A program made the translations under genes and the position numbers. The notes beneath the pieces were generated by a model, which was not told where the DNA came from, did no database searches, and worked only from the letters and a program-made list of their open reading frames with translations. This document shows positions 30,343 through 40,008 of a stretch of 56,719 bases of DNA, one piece after another. The first letter of the stretch is position 1. The number at the start of each line of letters is the position of its first letter. Location: positions 1-56,719 of the forward strand of contig JACOWN010000006.1 in assembly GCA_016176785.1 (NCBI GenBank), written 5' to 3'. The DNA comes from Parcubacteria group bacterium (GTDB lineage Bacteria; Patescibacteriota; Minisyncoccia; Phycocordibacterales; UBA2135).

Positions 30343-30891
30343 TTAGAGTTTTTTAACTTGGAGAAAATCCAACTCCACAGGGGTTTCCCGGCCGAAGATC
30401 GGAACCAAAACCTTCACCTTGCCGCGCTGTTCGTCAACTTCGGCGACCTTTCCTTCAAGTTCCTTGAACGGCCCGTCCGTAATGACGACCGTCTCTCCCT
30501 CCTGGAGGTCGGTCATGTGCTTCGTGGTGTCAGTTTGCATTCGCTTAAAGAAAAAGTCAACTTCATCCTTCCTGAGCGGCACGGGGTACACCCCCGTCCC
30601 CACGAAACCGGTAACGCGCGGCGTATTACGCACGACGTACCACGAGTCGTCCGTAACGACCATGTCAACCAGGACATATCCGGGATATATCTTCTCCTCT
30701 TCTTCAACGCGCTTGTTGCCCTTTATCTTAATTTTCTTTTCCGTCGGCACGACGACGTTAAAGATCTTGTCTTCCATGCCGAGCGATTCTATACGCTGCT
30801 TCAAATTGCGCGCAACCGCGTCTTCGTAGCCGGAATATGTGTGGATTGCGTACCAGTTGCGTTCTTGTTTCGGTTGTTGCCGCGATGTCAT
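30343..30891 (-). CDS. nusG: Transcription factor NusG
   Basis: WYAIHTYSGYE, YPGYVLV, VRNTPRVTGF, KOW DGPF, FGRETPVEL. Confidence 0.98.
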   Translation of the reverse strand: MTSRQQPKQERNWYAIHTYSGYEDAVARNLKQRIESLGMEDKIFNVVVPTEKKIKIKGNKRVEEEEKIYPGYVLVDMVVTDDSWYVVRNTPRVTGFVGTGVYPVPLRKDEVDFFFKRMQTDTTKHMTDLQEGETVVITDGPFKELEGKVAEVDEQRGKVKVLVPIFGRETPVELDFLQVKKL

Positions 30892-30896
30892 GTTTT

Positions 30897-31079
30897 TTAG
30901 AGGACGAACGTCTCCAAAAGATATGCAAAAAGCGCGTCAAAGAGGCCGAGGTAGGCCGCCGTGAAAAGAGAGATGCCAACGACAAGCGCGGTAAAATACC
31001 ACACCTGTTTCTTCGTCGGCCATGATACATGGCTCATCTCGGCTTTTGTTTCTTTGAGATAATCGGTAACTCTCGTCAT
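30897..31079 (-). CDS. secE: Preprotein translocase subunit SecE
   Basis: EMSHVSWPT plus one TM; upstream of nusG. Confidence 0.93.
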   Translation of the reverse strand: MTRVTDYLKETKAEMSHVSWPTKKQVWYFTALVVGISLFTAAYLGLFDALFAYLLETFVL

Positions 31080-31342
31080 GCGCTCAATAATAACAGATTT
31101 TTGGCGTTTTTAAAACGGCCCGAGGGCCGCTTTCTTCACGTCTTAACTATACTCCGCGCGAAAAAACAAGTCAAGAAAGGAGTGGCGGGGACGGTTCGTC
31201 CGCCCCCGACCCCGCAGCCTATTCTCCCGTTCTTAAGAAGACCGGCATAGGCTGCGACGCGCGCTCCGCCGCGGGAGAACTTGATGCCGGATACTAAATA
31301 TTGCATACTAAAAACGACCGGCTATACGCTAAAATCTCGTGT

Positions 31343-31738
31343 ATGAATTGCGTCTTCTGTAAAATCATACGCGGCGAACTGCCCGCCGAAAAAGTGTACG
31401 AGGACGAGCGCGCCGTCGCGTTTTTGGACATCAAACCGAACAACCTCGGCCATGTGCTTCTCGTCCCCAAAGAACACGCGCGGAACATTTTTGATATTTC
31501 GGAAGAAACACTCTGCAAGCTCGTGCCGCCGCTCAAAAAAATATCGCATGCCGTCAAAAACGCCACGGGCGCAAGCGGCATCAACATCGCGATGAACAAC
31601 GAATTGTCGGCGGGACAGATCATTTTTCACGCGCACATCCACATTATCCCGCGCTTTGAGGGCGACTCCACGGAGCACAAAATATACCGTGACGGCGAGA
31701 TGGGAGAGATCGCCGGAAAAATCCGTTCAAAGATGTAA
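31343..31738 (+). CDS. HIT family protein
   Basis: MNCVFCKI, GHVLLVPK, HAHIHIIPR. Confidence 0.95.
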   Translation: MNCVFCKIIRGELPAEKVYEDERAVAFLDIKPNNLGHVLLVPKEHARNIFDISEETLCKLVPPLKKISHAVKNATGASGINIAMNNELSAGQIIFHAHIHIIPRFEGDSTEHKIYRDGEMGEIAGKIRSKM

Positions 31739-31742
31739 CTCC

Positions 31743-32885
31743 CTACGAGGATGCGGCGAGTGCGCGGATCCCCGGCAATGTCCGCTCCGAAAGGAACGCG
31801 AGCATCGCCCCGCCGGCGGTGGAGAGAAAATCAAACGCGTCTTCGCGTTTCTCGCGCGTGATGAGCGCAACGGAATCGCCGCCCCCCGCGATAATTTTCG
31901 CTTTGCTCCGCGCCAAAATCTCGATCAAACGTACGCTTCCCTTTTCAAATCCCGGAACGGTGTAATCACCAAGCGGCCCGTTCCATACGATAAAGCGCGC
32001 TTCGGAAACAAGGGGCTCTAAGCTTTTCAATGTTGCGGGGCCTGCGTCAAGGATCTTGTCCTGCGGCTTCACTTCGTGGAGATTTTTTGTAAAAACACCT
32101 CCTTCGTTCTGCACAATAACGTCAAGCGGCAACCGCAGTTTGCCGCTTGAGAGCATGGCGTTAAGGTTCGCGCCGCTTTTCTCAAATACCGACATCCCGA
32201 TCTCGCGTCCGAGCATGTGGAAAAAATTATGGGCAAGCGCGCCGCCGATGAAAAGCGCGTCAACCGTCGGAAGCAGACGCTCCGCGGCGGAAAGTTTCGC
32301 CGCGGCTTTGGCGCCGCCCAAAATGAGAAGAGAGGGATGCGGAGGAGCAAACACGCGCGAAAGATTTTTCACCTCCTCTTCAAATAAAAGTCCCGCGTAA
32401 CTTGGAAGCAGCGTCGGAAGCGTAACGATGGACGCGTGTTCCCTGTGTGACGCGGAGAACGCATCATTGACGTATGCGTCCCCCAATGACGCGAGGTGCT
32501 CAGCAAAGGAATGGCCGTTTGCCGTTTCGCCGGGCCATTTTCGCAGATTCTCGCAAAAGAGAATATGCGCGCCCGCTTTCGCAGAAATCTCGCGCGCTTT
32601 TTCAAACGATGCGGCGTCATAGATGTCTTCAATAAAATAGGTTTTGAAATGCTCGCTGTTCAAATACCGCGCCACGGGATGGAGCGACTGCTTCGCGTCT
32701 GAGTGATGGCTGAGGAGAATGACCTCTGCGTGCGCGTCTTTCAAAAATTGGATCGTCGGGATGATTTTCTTGATGCGAAAATCGTCCAGCACAACCCCGT
32801 CCCTGATCGGCACATTGAAGTCGGCGCGCAAAAGTACGCGTTTGTTTTTTAAATTTTTTGCGCTCTTGAGCAACGGGACATCCAT
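31743..32885 (-). CDS. pgk: Phosphoglycerate kinase
   Basis: RADFNVP, VNDAF, LGGAK, WNGPLG, GGGDS, STAGGA. Confidence 0.96.
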   Translation of the reverse strand: MDVPLLKSAKNLKNKRVLLRADFNVPIRDGVVLDDFRIKKIIPTIQFLKDAHAEVILLSHHSDAKQSLHPVARYLNSEHFKTYFIEDIYDAASFEKAREISAKAGAHILFCENLRKWPGETANGHSFAEHLASLGDAYVNDAFSASHREHASIVTLPTLLPSYAGLLFEEEVKNLSRVFAPPHPSLLILGGAKAAAKLSAAERLLPTVDALFIGGALAHNFFHMLGREIGMSVFEKSGANLNAMLSSGKLRLPLDVIVQNEGGVFTKNLHEVKPQDKILDAGPATLKSLEPLVSEARFIVWNGPLGDYTVPGFEKGSVRLIEILARSKAKIIAGGGDSVALITREKREDAFDFLSTAGGAMLAFLSERTLPGIRALAASS

Positions 32886-32896
32886 AACGTGAGGTT

Positions 32897-33679
32897 TTAG
32901 ATTTTAGGTTTTAGGCCGTCGGCGATTTTTAAGATCGCAGAAAATCGCTTCGCGTCCAAGCTTGTCCTTCCGACCAAAAGCCCCGCCGCGCCGCCTTCTC
33001 CCAAAAATCCTTCCGCGTTATCCTCCTCAACCGACCCGCCGTAAAGAATAGGCGTCCGCATGACGACCTCTTTGCTTTTTCTTCCGAACATTTTTGCGAG
33101 CGTCTTCCGGATAAAAATCGTCATCGGGAAAAGTTCCTCGGGAGTATCCGCGCGTTCGGCGTTCGCGCCCACCGCCCACAACGGCTCATAGGCGATGCTG
33201 ATATGCGGCATGTCCTTTTGCGTAAGACCCGCGAGCGATTCGGCAATCTCCGCTTCCACAAAATGAAGATACTCGCCCTCTTCGTCGCGTTCGCGCTCCC
33301 CGATGCAGACGATCGGCGTAAGTCCTTCTTGAATTGCCGCGCGCACTTTTCTGCTGACCGCCATGCTCGTTTCACCGAGCGCGCGCCGCTCCGAATGGCC
33401 GAGGATAACGTGGCTTGCCCCAAGCCGCTCAAGCTGGCGGGGGGAGGTCTCTCCGGTGTGCGCGCCGTCACTTTCCCAAAAAACATCCTGCGCCCCGATG
33501 CGGCACCGCACGGTGCGCGAAAGCCGCGCGAGCTCGCTTATGAAAAGGAACGGCGGGCACACAACGGTCTCAACGCGCCGAAGCGATGCCGCGGCGCGTT
33601 GAATGCGCCGAAAAAGATCTTTCGCTTCTTGAAGCGAAGGGGGGCTCATTTTCCAATTTGCCACTATGATTTTTTTCAC
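32897..33679 (-). CDS. tpiA: Triosephosphate isomerase
   Basis: ANWKM, GHSERR, AYEPLWA, YGGSV. Confidence 0.97.
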   Translation of the reverse strand: MKKIIVANWKMSPPSLQEAKDLFRRIQRAAASLRRVETVVCPPFLFISELARLSRTVRCRIGAQDVFWESDGAHTGETSPRQLERLGASHVILGHSERRALGETSMAVSRKVRAAIQEGLTPIVCIGERERDEEGEYLHFVEAEIAESLAGLTQKDMPHISIAYEPLWAVGANAERADTPEELFPMTIFIRKTLAKMFGRKSKEVVMRTPILYGGSVEEDNAEGFLGEGGAAGLLVGRTSLDAKRFSAILKIADGLKPKI

Positions 33680-33805
33680 GTTTGAAGGTGTTCGGAGGCG
33701 ACGTTCGTGTGCGCCATGAGCGTCCTCTCATTATACCAGACGCCCACAAAAAACTTGTTCCACGAACAAGTTTTTTGTTACGCATTTCCCTTTCTTTGCT
33801 TTGCA

Positions 33806-34588
33806 TCAGTTACCGGTAAAACAGGAGCCGCTCCCGATCAGCATGCCGTCTGACCACGCCCCGTCAAGACATTGGTACATTACCCTCCCCTGTGATGTCA
33901 CCCCCTGCTGACATGATGGGAGGAACGAAAAAACGCGAACTTGTGCATGCGTTGAGACCGGCAGAGAAAGATTGCTGGCTTCATACGTTACTGTCTGCGC
34001 CCCGCAGCCGGTAAACTGGGTCGCAACGATGCACTCGGTGCCCGCGCCATTGCAGTATTGCGCTGCATTCACCTTGCCGCCAAGCGCCGCCGAAGTGCCC
34101 GAACTCGCCGGGTCAACGTAGTATGCCGTGTTATCGCGGTCCTCAAACTTGGGGAACTTGAGCGTTTGGTCGGTTTCTCTGCCGCGGTCTGATACCGCAT
34201 CAAGCGTGTCCCACGTCGTCAAACACGTGGAGCCGATGCAAAGGCCGGTGCCTTTCACATAGCCGTTCGCGTCTATTTTTTGCGACGGATTGGTCACCCC
34301 GACGCCGAGATTCCCGCCAATGTAGCTTGCGCTCGGGCCGTAGATCGTCAATTGGTCGGCGCTTATATTTCCCACGACCTCAAGGGGCGTCAGAGGAGCG
34401 CTTCCCGTATTCACGCCAAGCCACCCCGATTTGGATTGCGCGCTCGCGCCGACATTGATCGGCTCGGGGGTGTTATTGTTCGGCGGGGATGCGGTCGGGT
34501 TGCTCCACGCCGCGTGGAGGTATGAAAGACCGACGACCAAGAAAAATGCGAGGATGAACGCTTTAACGAAGGTGAGTACGCGAGGCAT
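33806..34588 (-). CDS. Hypothetical exported protein (tail-fibre/shufflon-like segments)
   Basis: N-terminal TM, W.NPT..PPNNN.PEPINV, GNLGVGVTNPSQK, LCIGSTC. Confidence 0.7.
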   Translation of the reverse strand: MPRVLTFVKAFILAFFLVVGLSYLHAAWSNPTASPPNNNTPEPINVGASAQSKSGWLGVNTGSAPLTPLEVVGNISADQLTIYGPSASYIGGNLGVGVTNPSQKIDANGYVKGTGLCIGSTCLTTWDTLDAVSDRGRETDQTLKFPKFEDRDNTAYYVDPASSGTSAALGGKVNAAQYCNGAGTECIVATQFTGCGAQTVTYEASNLSLPVSTHAQVRVFSFLPSCQQGVTSQGRVMYQCLDGAWSDGMLIGSGSCFTGN

Positions 34589-34633
34589 ACAAAAGAAATA
34601 TATTAATAATTAGTAATCGGTAATAAAGCGCTG

Positions 34634-35803
34634 TTAGAACTCTTCAAACCCTGGCTCAAATGTGTTGACGGTCAGATTGACCGTTACCGTCCGCACGTAG
34701 CCGCCGTCAACGCCCTGAACGGTAATGGCATACACCCCTTCCGCAACGGGATGAGCGAGCGTAACGGAAAGCGCCGAGCCGCCGCTGTACTCGCTTGACG
34801 AGAGCGAGGCGTCCGAAAAGATGTAGGTGACCGGCTCGCCGTTTATGGTCGCGGGAGTCGCCGACAGAGCGACCGCGTCACTGAACCCGTACTGCGGGAC
34901 AACCGCGATCGTCGTTGAATCGGAGGTCGCTTGTGAGTCGCCGAGAAAACTTATCGCGAGATCGCTTGTTTTCGTGATGAAGAAATCCGGCGGGAGGATA
35001 TTCACGGTGACGCTGTCGTTAGTCGTTCCGTAAATGCCGGTGCAAGACAGGTCGTAGATCGTCGTCGCGCTTATGGGCCCAACGGCTTGTGAGCCGCTTG
35101 TCGCTTTTTCACCCGGCCAATCGGCGGTGCCGCCGGACGCCGTGCACGAATTGGTGTATTGCGATGTCCATGAGAGCGTAACCGATGACCCCGGGGGAAC
35201 CGTCGTCGGGTCGCTCGTGAGCGAAACAACGGGCGTCTGCGCGTTCAAAAATACGCCGCCGAATGAGGGGTTGAACAGTATCCACCCCACGACGTCGGAA
35301 CCCCACGCATACCCCTCAAAATCGGTGTCGTCGTTAAGCGTCACCGCGTAGTTCACGCTTCCGGATTTTTTGTCCAAGCTTATCCAGCCGTCCCAGCCGC
35401 TTGCCGGATTATCGCGTCCCGCAAGGGCGCGCGCCCATCCGTTCAATTTGCCGGAGTTCAATTTTACCTGGCATGACCCCTGGGGACAGCCGGAAAGGTC
35501 GCTCTCGTTAAAACTGATCCAGCCGATGTTCGGGCTCCACGCATATCCCGAAAGTTTGCTTGAGGTTTCGCTCACGGAAACGCCATAGTTGATGGAGCCG
35601 CAGGTGCTCGTGTTCGTGCAATTGAAGCTGATCCAGCCGATGTTTGAACTCCACGCCCATCCCGACATGTTATGCTCCGCCCCCGCTTCCGCCGGCGCGG
35701 GCGCGGGAGCTAAAATAAACGCCGCGCCGAGAACGACGAGGGCAAACCCCATAAAAAAAGAGCCCCGTTTCAAAAAAGAATTACCTGTCAATGGCGGTGT
35801 CAT
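34634..35803 (-). CDS. CPR-type surface protein with GxAWS...GWIxF repeats and Ig-like domains
   Basis: GWAWSSNIGWISF, GYAWSPNIGWISF, GWDGWISL, GYAWGSDVVGWILF. Confidence 0.75.
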   Translation of the reverse strand: MTPPLTGNSFLKRGSFFMGFALVVLGAAFILAPAPAPAEAGAEHNMSGWAWSSNIGWISFNCTNTSTCGSINYGVSVSETSSKLSGYAWSPNIGWISFNESDLSGCPQGSCQVKLNSGKLNGWARALAGRDNPASGWDGWISLDKKSGSVNYAVTLNDDTDFEGYAWGSDVVGWILFNPSFGGVFLNAQTPVVSLTSDPTTVPPGSSVTLSWTSQYTNSCTASGGTADWPGEKATSGSQAVGPISATTIYDLSCTGIYGTTNDSVTVNILPPDFFITKTSDLAISFLGDSQATSDSTTIAVVPQYGFSDAVALSATPATINGEPVTYIFSDASLSSSEYSGGSALSVTLAHPVAEGVYAITVQGVDGGYVRTVTVNLTVNTFEPGFEEF

Positions 35804-35821
35804 GCAATGCGTGAAGCCCGC

Positions 35822-36079
35822 TTACTGCGCGGGAATAGAGTTTAAGACGCGTTGTTTTTCCGTCCGCGAAAGCGTCACCTGCGTCCTGTCGCGCAGATTA
35901 ATTTCCCGAAGGATCATCTGCTTTTCATTGCGGGTGAAATCCGAGCCGTCGGGGTGCGGCACCGGCGCTGCGTTTCGCATAAGCAAAAACCAACCCAAAA
36001 TGAGGAGTGCGATGAGAAGAAGCGCCCACGCAACGATATTTTTCTGAATACTTTCGTCGGGGATGTCGTAGTAGGCCAT
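35822..36079 (-). CDS. Small single-TM hypothetical protein
   Basis: IVAWALLLIALLILGWFLLM; co-oriented with downstream surface genes. Confidence 0.55.
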   Translation of the reverse strand: MAYYDIPDESIQKNIVAWALLLIALLILGWFLLMRNAAPVPHPDGSDFTRNEKQMILREINLRDRTQVTLSRTEKQRVLNSIPAQ

Positions 36080-36166
36080 ATAGTTGGAGCGTCAAACGGA
36101 CAATACTTAATAGTATACCCCGCAGACGTAGGCGTTCCAAGGAAAATTGTGCATAAACGGCACCGT

Positions 36167-36194
36167 TTGACAAACGCGCGCCTTCCTTTATACT
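36167..36194 (+). promoter_or_regulatory. Putative sigma70 promoter for nusA
   Basis: TTGACA-16 nt-TATACT. Confidence 0.55.
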
Positions 36195-36295
36195 GTATGA
36201 ATACGACGTGTAACGTCAGAATGGTCCGCCTGAAACGGACTTTTTTTACAAAAACAAAGGCGTATCCGCCAACTTCGCGATACACAACAACTTTT

Positions 36296-37600
36296 ATGAT
36301 GGACCTCAAAGCATTGAACGCCGCGCTCGACCAGCTGCAAAACGAGCGCGGGATTCCCAAAGAAAAGATCAAAGAAGCCATTGAAGATGCGCTTGCCGCC
36401 GCATACAAGAAGGATTACGGGAAACGCGGGCAGGTCATTAAAGCGCTCTTTGACCCGGGAACCGGCAAGACGGAGTTTACGCAGGTAAAAACCGTCGTTG
36501 ACCCCGAGCAAGTCCGCATGCCGGAGGAAGGCGAAGAAATTGAAGAAACGCCCAAAGAAGTCCCCGCAAAGGAAGCGCCGCGCGAGGGGGGCGGCGGAGA
36601 AGCCGTTCCCGACGGGACGGAAACGCCGCTCGAGGAGCAAAAAGTGCGCTTCAACGAAGAGCAACACCTCTTGCTTTCCGATGCGCAAAGGATCAAGCGC
36701 GACGCGAAAGTGGGCGACGAGATCGTGTTCCCTCTTGAATCGCGCGATGATTACGGGCGCATCGCGGCGCAAACCGCGAAACAAGTGATCATCCAGCGCA
36801 TCCGCGAAGCGGAGCGCATCGCGGCATCCGACGAATATGAGAAAAAACGCGGTGAGATCGTCTCCGGCGTCGTGCAACGCATTGAGCGCGGCAACATTTT
36901 TGTGGACCTCGGGCGCACAACGGCGCTTTTGCCGCGCGAGGAACAGATCCCGGGCGAATATTACCGGCAGGGCGAGCGCGTCCGCGCGTATCTCTATGAC
37001 ATAGAAGAAACGCCGCGCGACATAACGCTGCGGCTTTCCCGCTCGCATCCGCGCTTTCTCGCAAAACTGCTTGAAATTGAAGTCCCCGAAATTGCGAACG
37101 GCGTCGTTTTGGTAAAAGCGGTCGCGCGCGAGCCCGGCTCGCGTTCAAAAATCGCGGTTGCTTCAAACGACGAGCACATAGACCCCGTCGGCGCCTGCGT
37201 CGGCCAGCGCGGCGTTCGCGTTACGGCGGTGATGAATGAACTCGGCGGAGAAAAAATTGACATCATTGAGTGGTCGCCGGAAACTGCGGCGTTCATTGAA
37301 CGCGCTCTCTCTCCCGCGCGCGTGCTTGAGGTGTCGCTTGACGAATCCGAACGCCGCGCGCGCATAGAAGTCAGTCCCGACCAGTATTCGCTCGCCATCG
37401 GCAAGGGCGGGCAGAACGCGCGGCTTGCCGCGCGTTTGACCGGCTGGCGCATAGACATCCGCGAATCAACAGGACGGCAGGAAACAACGGCTGACGAAAC
37501 GGAAGCCGTTGAAAAAGACGCCGCAAGCGACGACAAAAACGACCCCGCGGGAGCCGGCGGCGGAGAATCTGCGGAGGGAGAAAGTGCGAAAAAAGAATAA
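36296..37600 (+). CDS. nusA: Transcription factor NusA
   Basis: [43 protein letters not shown]; start set at MMDLK. Confidence 0.97.
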   Translation: MMDLKALNAALDQLQNERGIPKEKIKEAIEDALAAAYKKDYGKRGQVIKALFDPGTGKTEFTQVKTVVDPEQVRMPEEGEEIEETPKEVPAKEAPREGGGGEAVPDGTETPLEEQKVRFNEEQHLLLSDAQRIKRDAKVGDEIVFPLESRDDYGRIAAQTAKQVIIQRIREAERIAASDEYEKKRGEIVSGVVQRIERGNIFVDLGRTTALLPREEQIPGEYYRQGERVRAYLYDIEETPRDITLRLSRSHPRFLAKLLEIEVPEIANGVVLVKAVAREPGSRSKIAVASNDEHIDPVGACVGQRGVRVTAVMNELGGEKIDIIEWSPETAAFIERALSPARVLEVSLDESERRARIEVSPDQYSLAIGKGGQNARLAARLTGWRIDIRESTGRQETTADETEAVEKDAASDDKNDPAGAGGGESAEGESAKKE

Positions 37601-37640
37601 ATGTGGTATCGTAAATCATACATCTTGCGTCATAAATCTT

Positions 37641-38177
37641 ATGAATCTTTGGCATAATGTGAAGGCGGGAACGGCCGAAAACATGAACGTCATCGTTGAG
37701 ATCCCCAAGGGGTCGCGCGTTAAATATGAACTGGATAAAGAAACCGGCCTTATTAAGTTTGACCGCGTCCTCTACTCGCCCATGCATTACCCGACAAATT
37801 ACGGGTTTGTGCCGCAAACTCTCTGGGAGGACGGCGACCCGCTTGACGTTTTGGTGCTTGCGTATGAGCCGCTCATTCCCGGTTCGCTCGTTGAGGCGCG
37901 CCCCATCGGCATGTTGCCGATGACGGACGGCGGCGAGGACGATGTCAAAATACTCGCGGTGCCGACCGCCGACCCCCGATTTGCAAACACAAAGGACATT
38001 GCAAACCTTGAGCCGCATCTGCTTGACGAGATCCGACATTTTTTCAGCGTATACAAAGACCTTCAAAAAAAAGTGGTTTCCGTCGGCGATTGGAAGGAGT
38101 CCGAGGAAGCCAAGCGAGCGGTTGAGCGCTCTCTTGCTCTCTATCAAGAAAAATATCCCGAAGGCAACACCGGTTGA
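37641..38177 (+). CDS. ppa: Inorganic pyrophosphatase
   Basis: EIPKGS, KYE, YPTNYGF, DGDPLDV. Confidence 0.97.
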   Translation: MNLWHNVKAGTAENMNVIVEIPKGSRVKYELDKETGLIKFDRVLYSPMHYPTNYGFVPQTLWEDGDPLDVLVLAYEPLIPGSLVEARPIGMLPMTDGGEDDVKILAVPTADPRFANTKDIANLEPHLLDEIRHFFSVYKDLQKKVVSVGDWKESEEAKRAVERSLALYQEKYPEGNTG

Positions 38178-38238
38178 CATTTTTGCGTTTTGCGATATAT
38201 TACCCACACGTTCTAAAAATAATCACACAGTCAAAATC

Positions 38239-39105
38239 ATGACACGATACGCATCCTTCTTCTTCATCGCCGCCCTTGTGGTCGCAGCCGCGATGCTGAC
38301 GAACGCATCCGCGGCGCATGCGCAATACGCGCAAACGTCACGAGCCGCGGAGCAAAATCAAAATGAGCGTAAAACGAATCTCTTGGAGCGCGTCAAATCA
38401 CAAATCGCTCCTCAAGCGCCCACCGCCGCTCCGCGAGCGCCTGTTCCTGAGGTCAAGAACGCCGAACGGGACGCGCCGATTAAAGACGCCGCGGCGAAAC
38501 GCACGGAGCGCGCACTTCCCGTTAATGCCGTTAATGCTACCAATAATGCCGACACGCGCGCGGATGCTCTCAAGGGTAAGACGGAAACCGCAGAGCGAGA
38601 GACACGCCCCGTAGTGCAAAAAACCGCCGCCGAGCGCGAGATTGAGGCGGCAAACCGAGAGGCGGAACGTCAGGCAAAACTCAAAGAGCGCGAAGAAAAA
38701 CGCCGGGAACTCATCAGGGCATACTTCACGCGAATGACACATCGGCTTGATGCCGCGGTGGAACGGCTCTCTACGCTGGCGGACCGAATTTCTTCGCGGC
38801 TTGACAAGTTTGAGTCGCGCGGCGCCAAAGTTTCCGCCGCGCGGGATGCGCTTGCCGCCGCGCGGGAACGGATCACCGCCGCGCGAGGACGCCTTGCCGA
38901 ACTCGCCGCGGACATTGAAACGCTCGTAACGGCGGAACAGCCGCGCGATGCGTTTCAAAACGTGCAAACGGCGATCAAAAACGTCGCGCAGGACATTAAA
39001 GACGTCCACGGCGCGTTGGTTGATGTTATCGTGATGTTCAAGGGGATGTCGTCGGCGAACGCGGAAACGGAACAAACGACATCGGGCTCTTCTTCAGGAG
39101 AATAA
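38239..39105 (+). CDS. Secreted coiled-coil hypothetical protein
   Basis: Signal peptide ending AHA; long A/E/R-rich helices. Confidence 0.7.
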   Translation: MTRYASFFFIAALVVAAAMLTNASAAHAQYAQTSRAAEQNQNERKTNLLERVKSQIAPQAPTAAPRAPVPEVKNAERDAPIKDAAAKRTERALPVNAVNATNNADTRADALKGKTETAERETRPVVQKTAAEREIEAANREAERQAKLKEREEKRRELIRAYFTRMTHRLDAAVERLSTLADRISSRLDKFESRGAKVSAARDALAAARERITAARGRLAELAADIETLVTAEQPRDAFQNVQTAIKNVAQDIKDVHGALVDVIVMFKGMSSANAETEQTTSGSSSGE

Positions 39106-39138
39106 CGCGCTATTTTATACGCTCATTAATACAGTACC

Positions 39139-39504
39139 ATGCCAGAAAACTCTCCTTCTTCATTTGAATCAAACACTATGCAAAACACGCGCACATCACC
39201 CCGCACACCCGAGACGCACGGTGAGCGGCCCATGGGCCCGATCGTTGGAATAGCGCTCATCATTATCGTGCTCGCACTCGGCGGTTTCTATTTCTGGGGC
39301 AAAGAACTCGTGCAGCAAGGAGATACTGCGGAAATCCCAGCAGCGGCGGACGTGTTGCAGGAAGCAGACGCCCAACTGGAGTCATTGAACCAGCAAGGGA
39401 CTTCGGACGAAGTGCAAGCGATAGAAAACGACCTCACCGCAACTGACCTGGATGGCCTTGACGCGGAACTTAAACAAATAGAAGCCGAACTCAAAAATCT
39501 GTAA
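39139..39504 (+). CDS. Single-TM hypothetical protein
   Basis: GPIVGIALIIIVLALGGFYFWG; acidic C-terminus. Confidence 0.7.
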   Translation: MPENSPSSFESNTMQNTRTSPRTPETHGERPMGPIVGIALIIIVLALGGFYFWGKELVQQGDTAEIPAAADVLQEADAQLESLNQQGTSDEVQAIENDLTATDLDGLDAELKQIEAELKNL

Positions 39505-39508
39505 CAAA

Positions 39509-39545
39509 CAACAAAACAGCCCCGCTTAGCGGGGCTGTTTTGTTG
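39509..39545. terminator. Bidirectional intrinsic terminator
   Basis: CAACAAAACAGCCCCGC-TTA-GCGGGGCTGTTTTGTTG between convergent genes. Confidence 0.85.
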
Positions 39546-39571
39546 TTGTTCGTCTTAAATCCGCAAAATCT

Positions 39572-39850
39572 TTATTTCACCGCTTCCTTGAGCGCCTTTG
39601 CTGCCCGGAACTTGGGAACGCGCATGGCGGGAACATGCACCGCCGCGCCCGTCTTCGGGTTGCGCGCCGTGCGCGCCGCGCGCTGCTTGGCGACAAAAAC
39701 GCCGAAACCGGCAACCGACACTTCGCCGCCCGACTTCATCGTGTCCATGATCGTTTTAAAAATCGTATCGACGGCTCGTTCCGCGTCTGCTTTTGTGCTG
39801 CCCAGAACTTCGTGGACCGCATCAACGAGAGAAGCTTTATTTTTCATCAT
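39572..39850 (-). CDS. hup: HU family DNA-binding protein
   Basis: GFGVF, RAARTARNPKTG, PKFRAAKALK. Confidence 0.96.
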   Translation of the reverse strand: MMKNKASLVDAVHEVLGSTKADAERAVDTIFKTIMDTMKSGGEVSVAGFGVFVAKQRAARTARNPKTGAAVHVPAMRVPKFRAAKALKEAVK

Positions 39851-40008
39851 AACGTGGAAGGGATGTGTTATTACTACTTTCCCTTAAAGATTAAACGACC
39901 CTAATAAAGAATTGAATGCTTTTTATACGCTCCCCGCATCGGGAAGGGCTTTCAGTATTCTTCTGGGATTATACCGTAAGGGTTTTTGGGGGGCAAGCGG
40001 CCTGTGCA

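Noticed and set aside
31080..31300. tRNA-Trp expected upstream of secE
   Set aside because: No cloverleaf or TTCG T-loop detected
35852..36295. 148-aa N-terminal extension of NusA in the ORF track (similar extensions on rplE, rpsL, tuf, ppa, mutY and the GIY-YIG gene)
   Set aside because: Longest-ORF artefact; it overlaps an opposite-strand gene and the promoter, and the conserved start lies downstream
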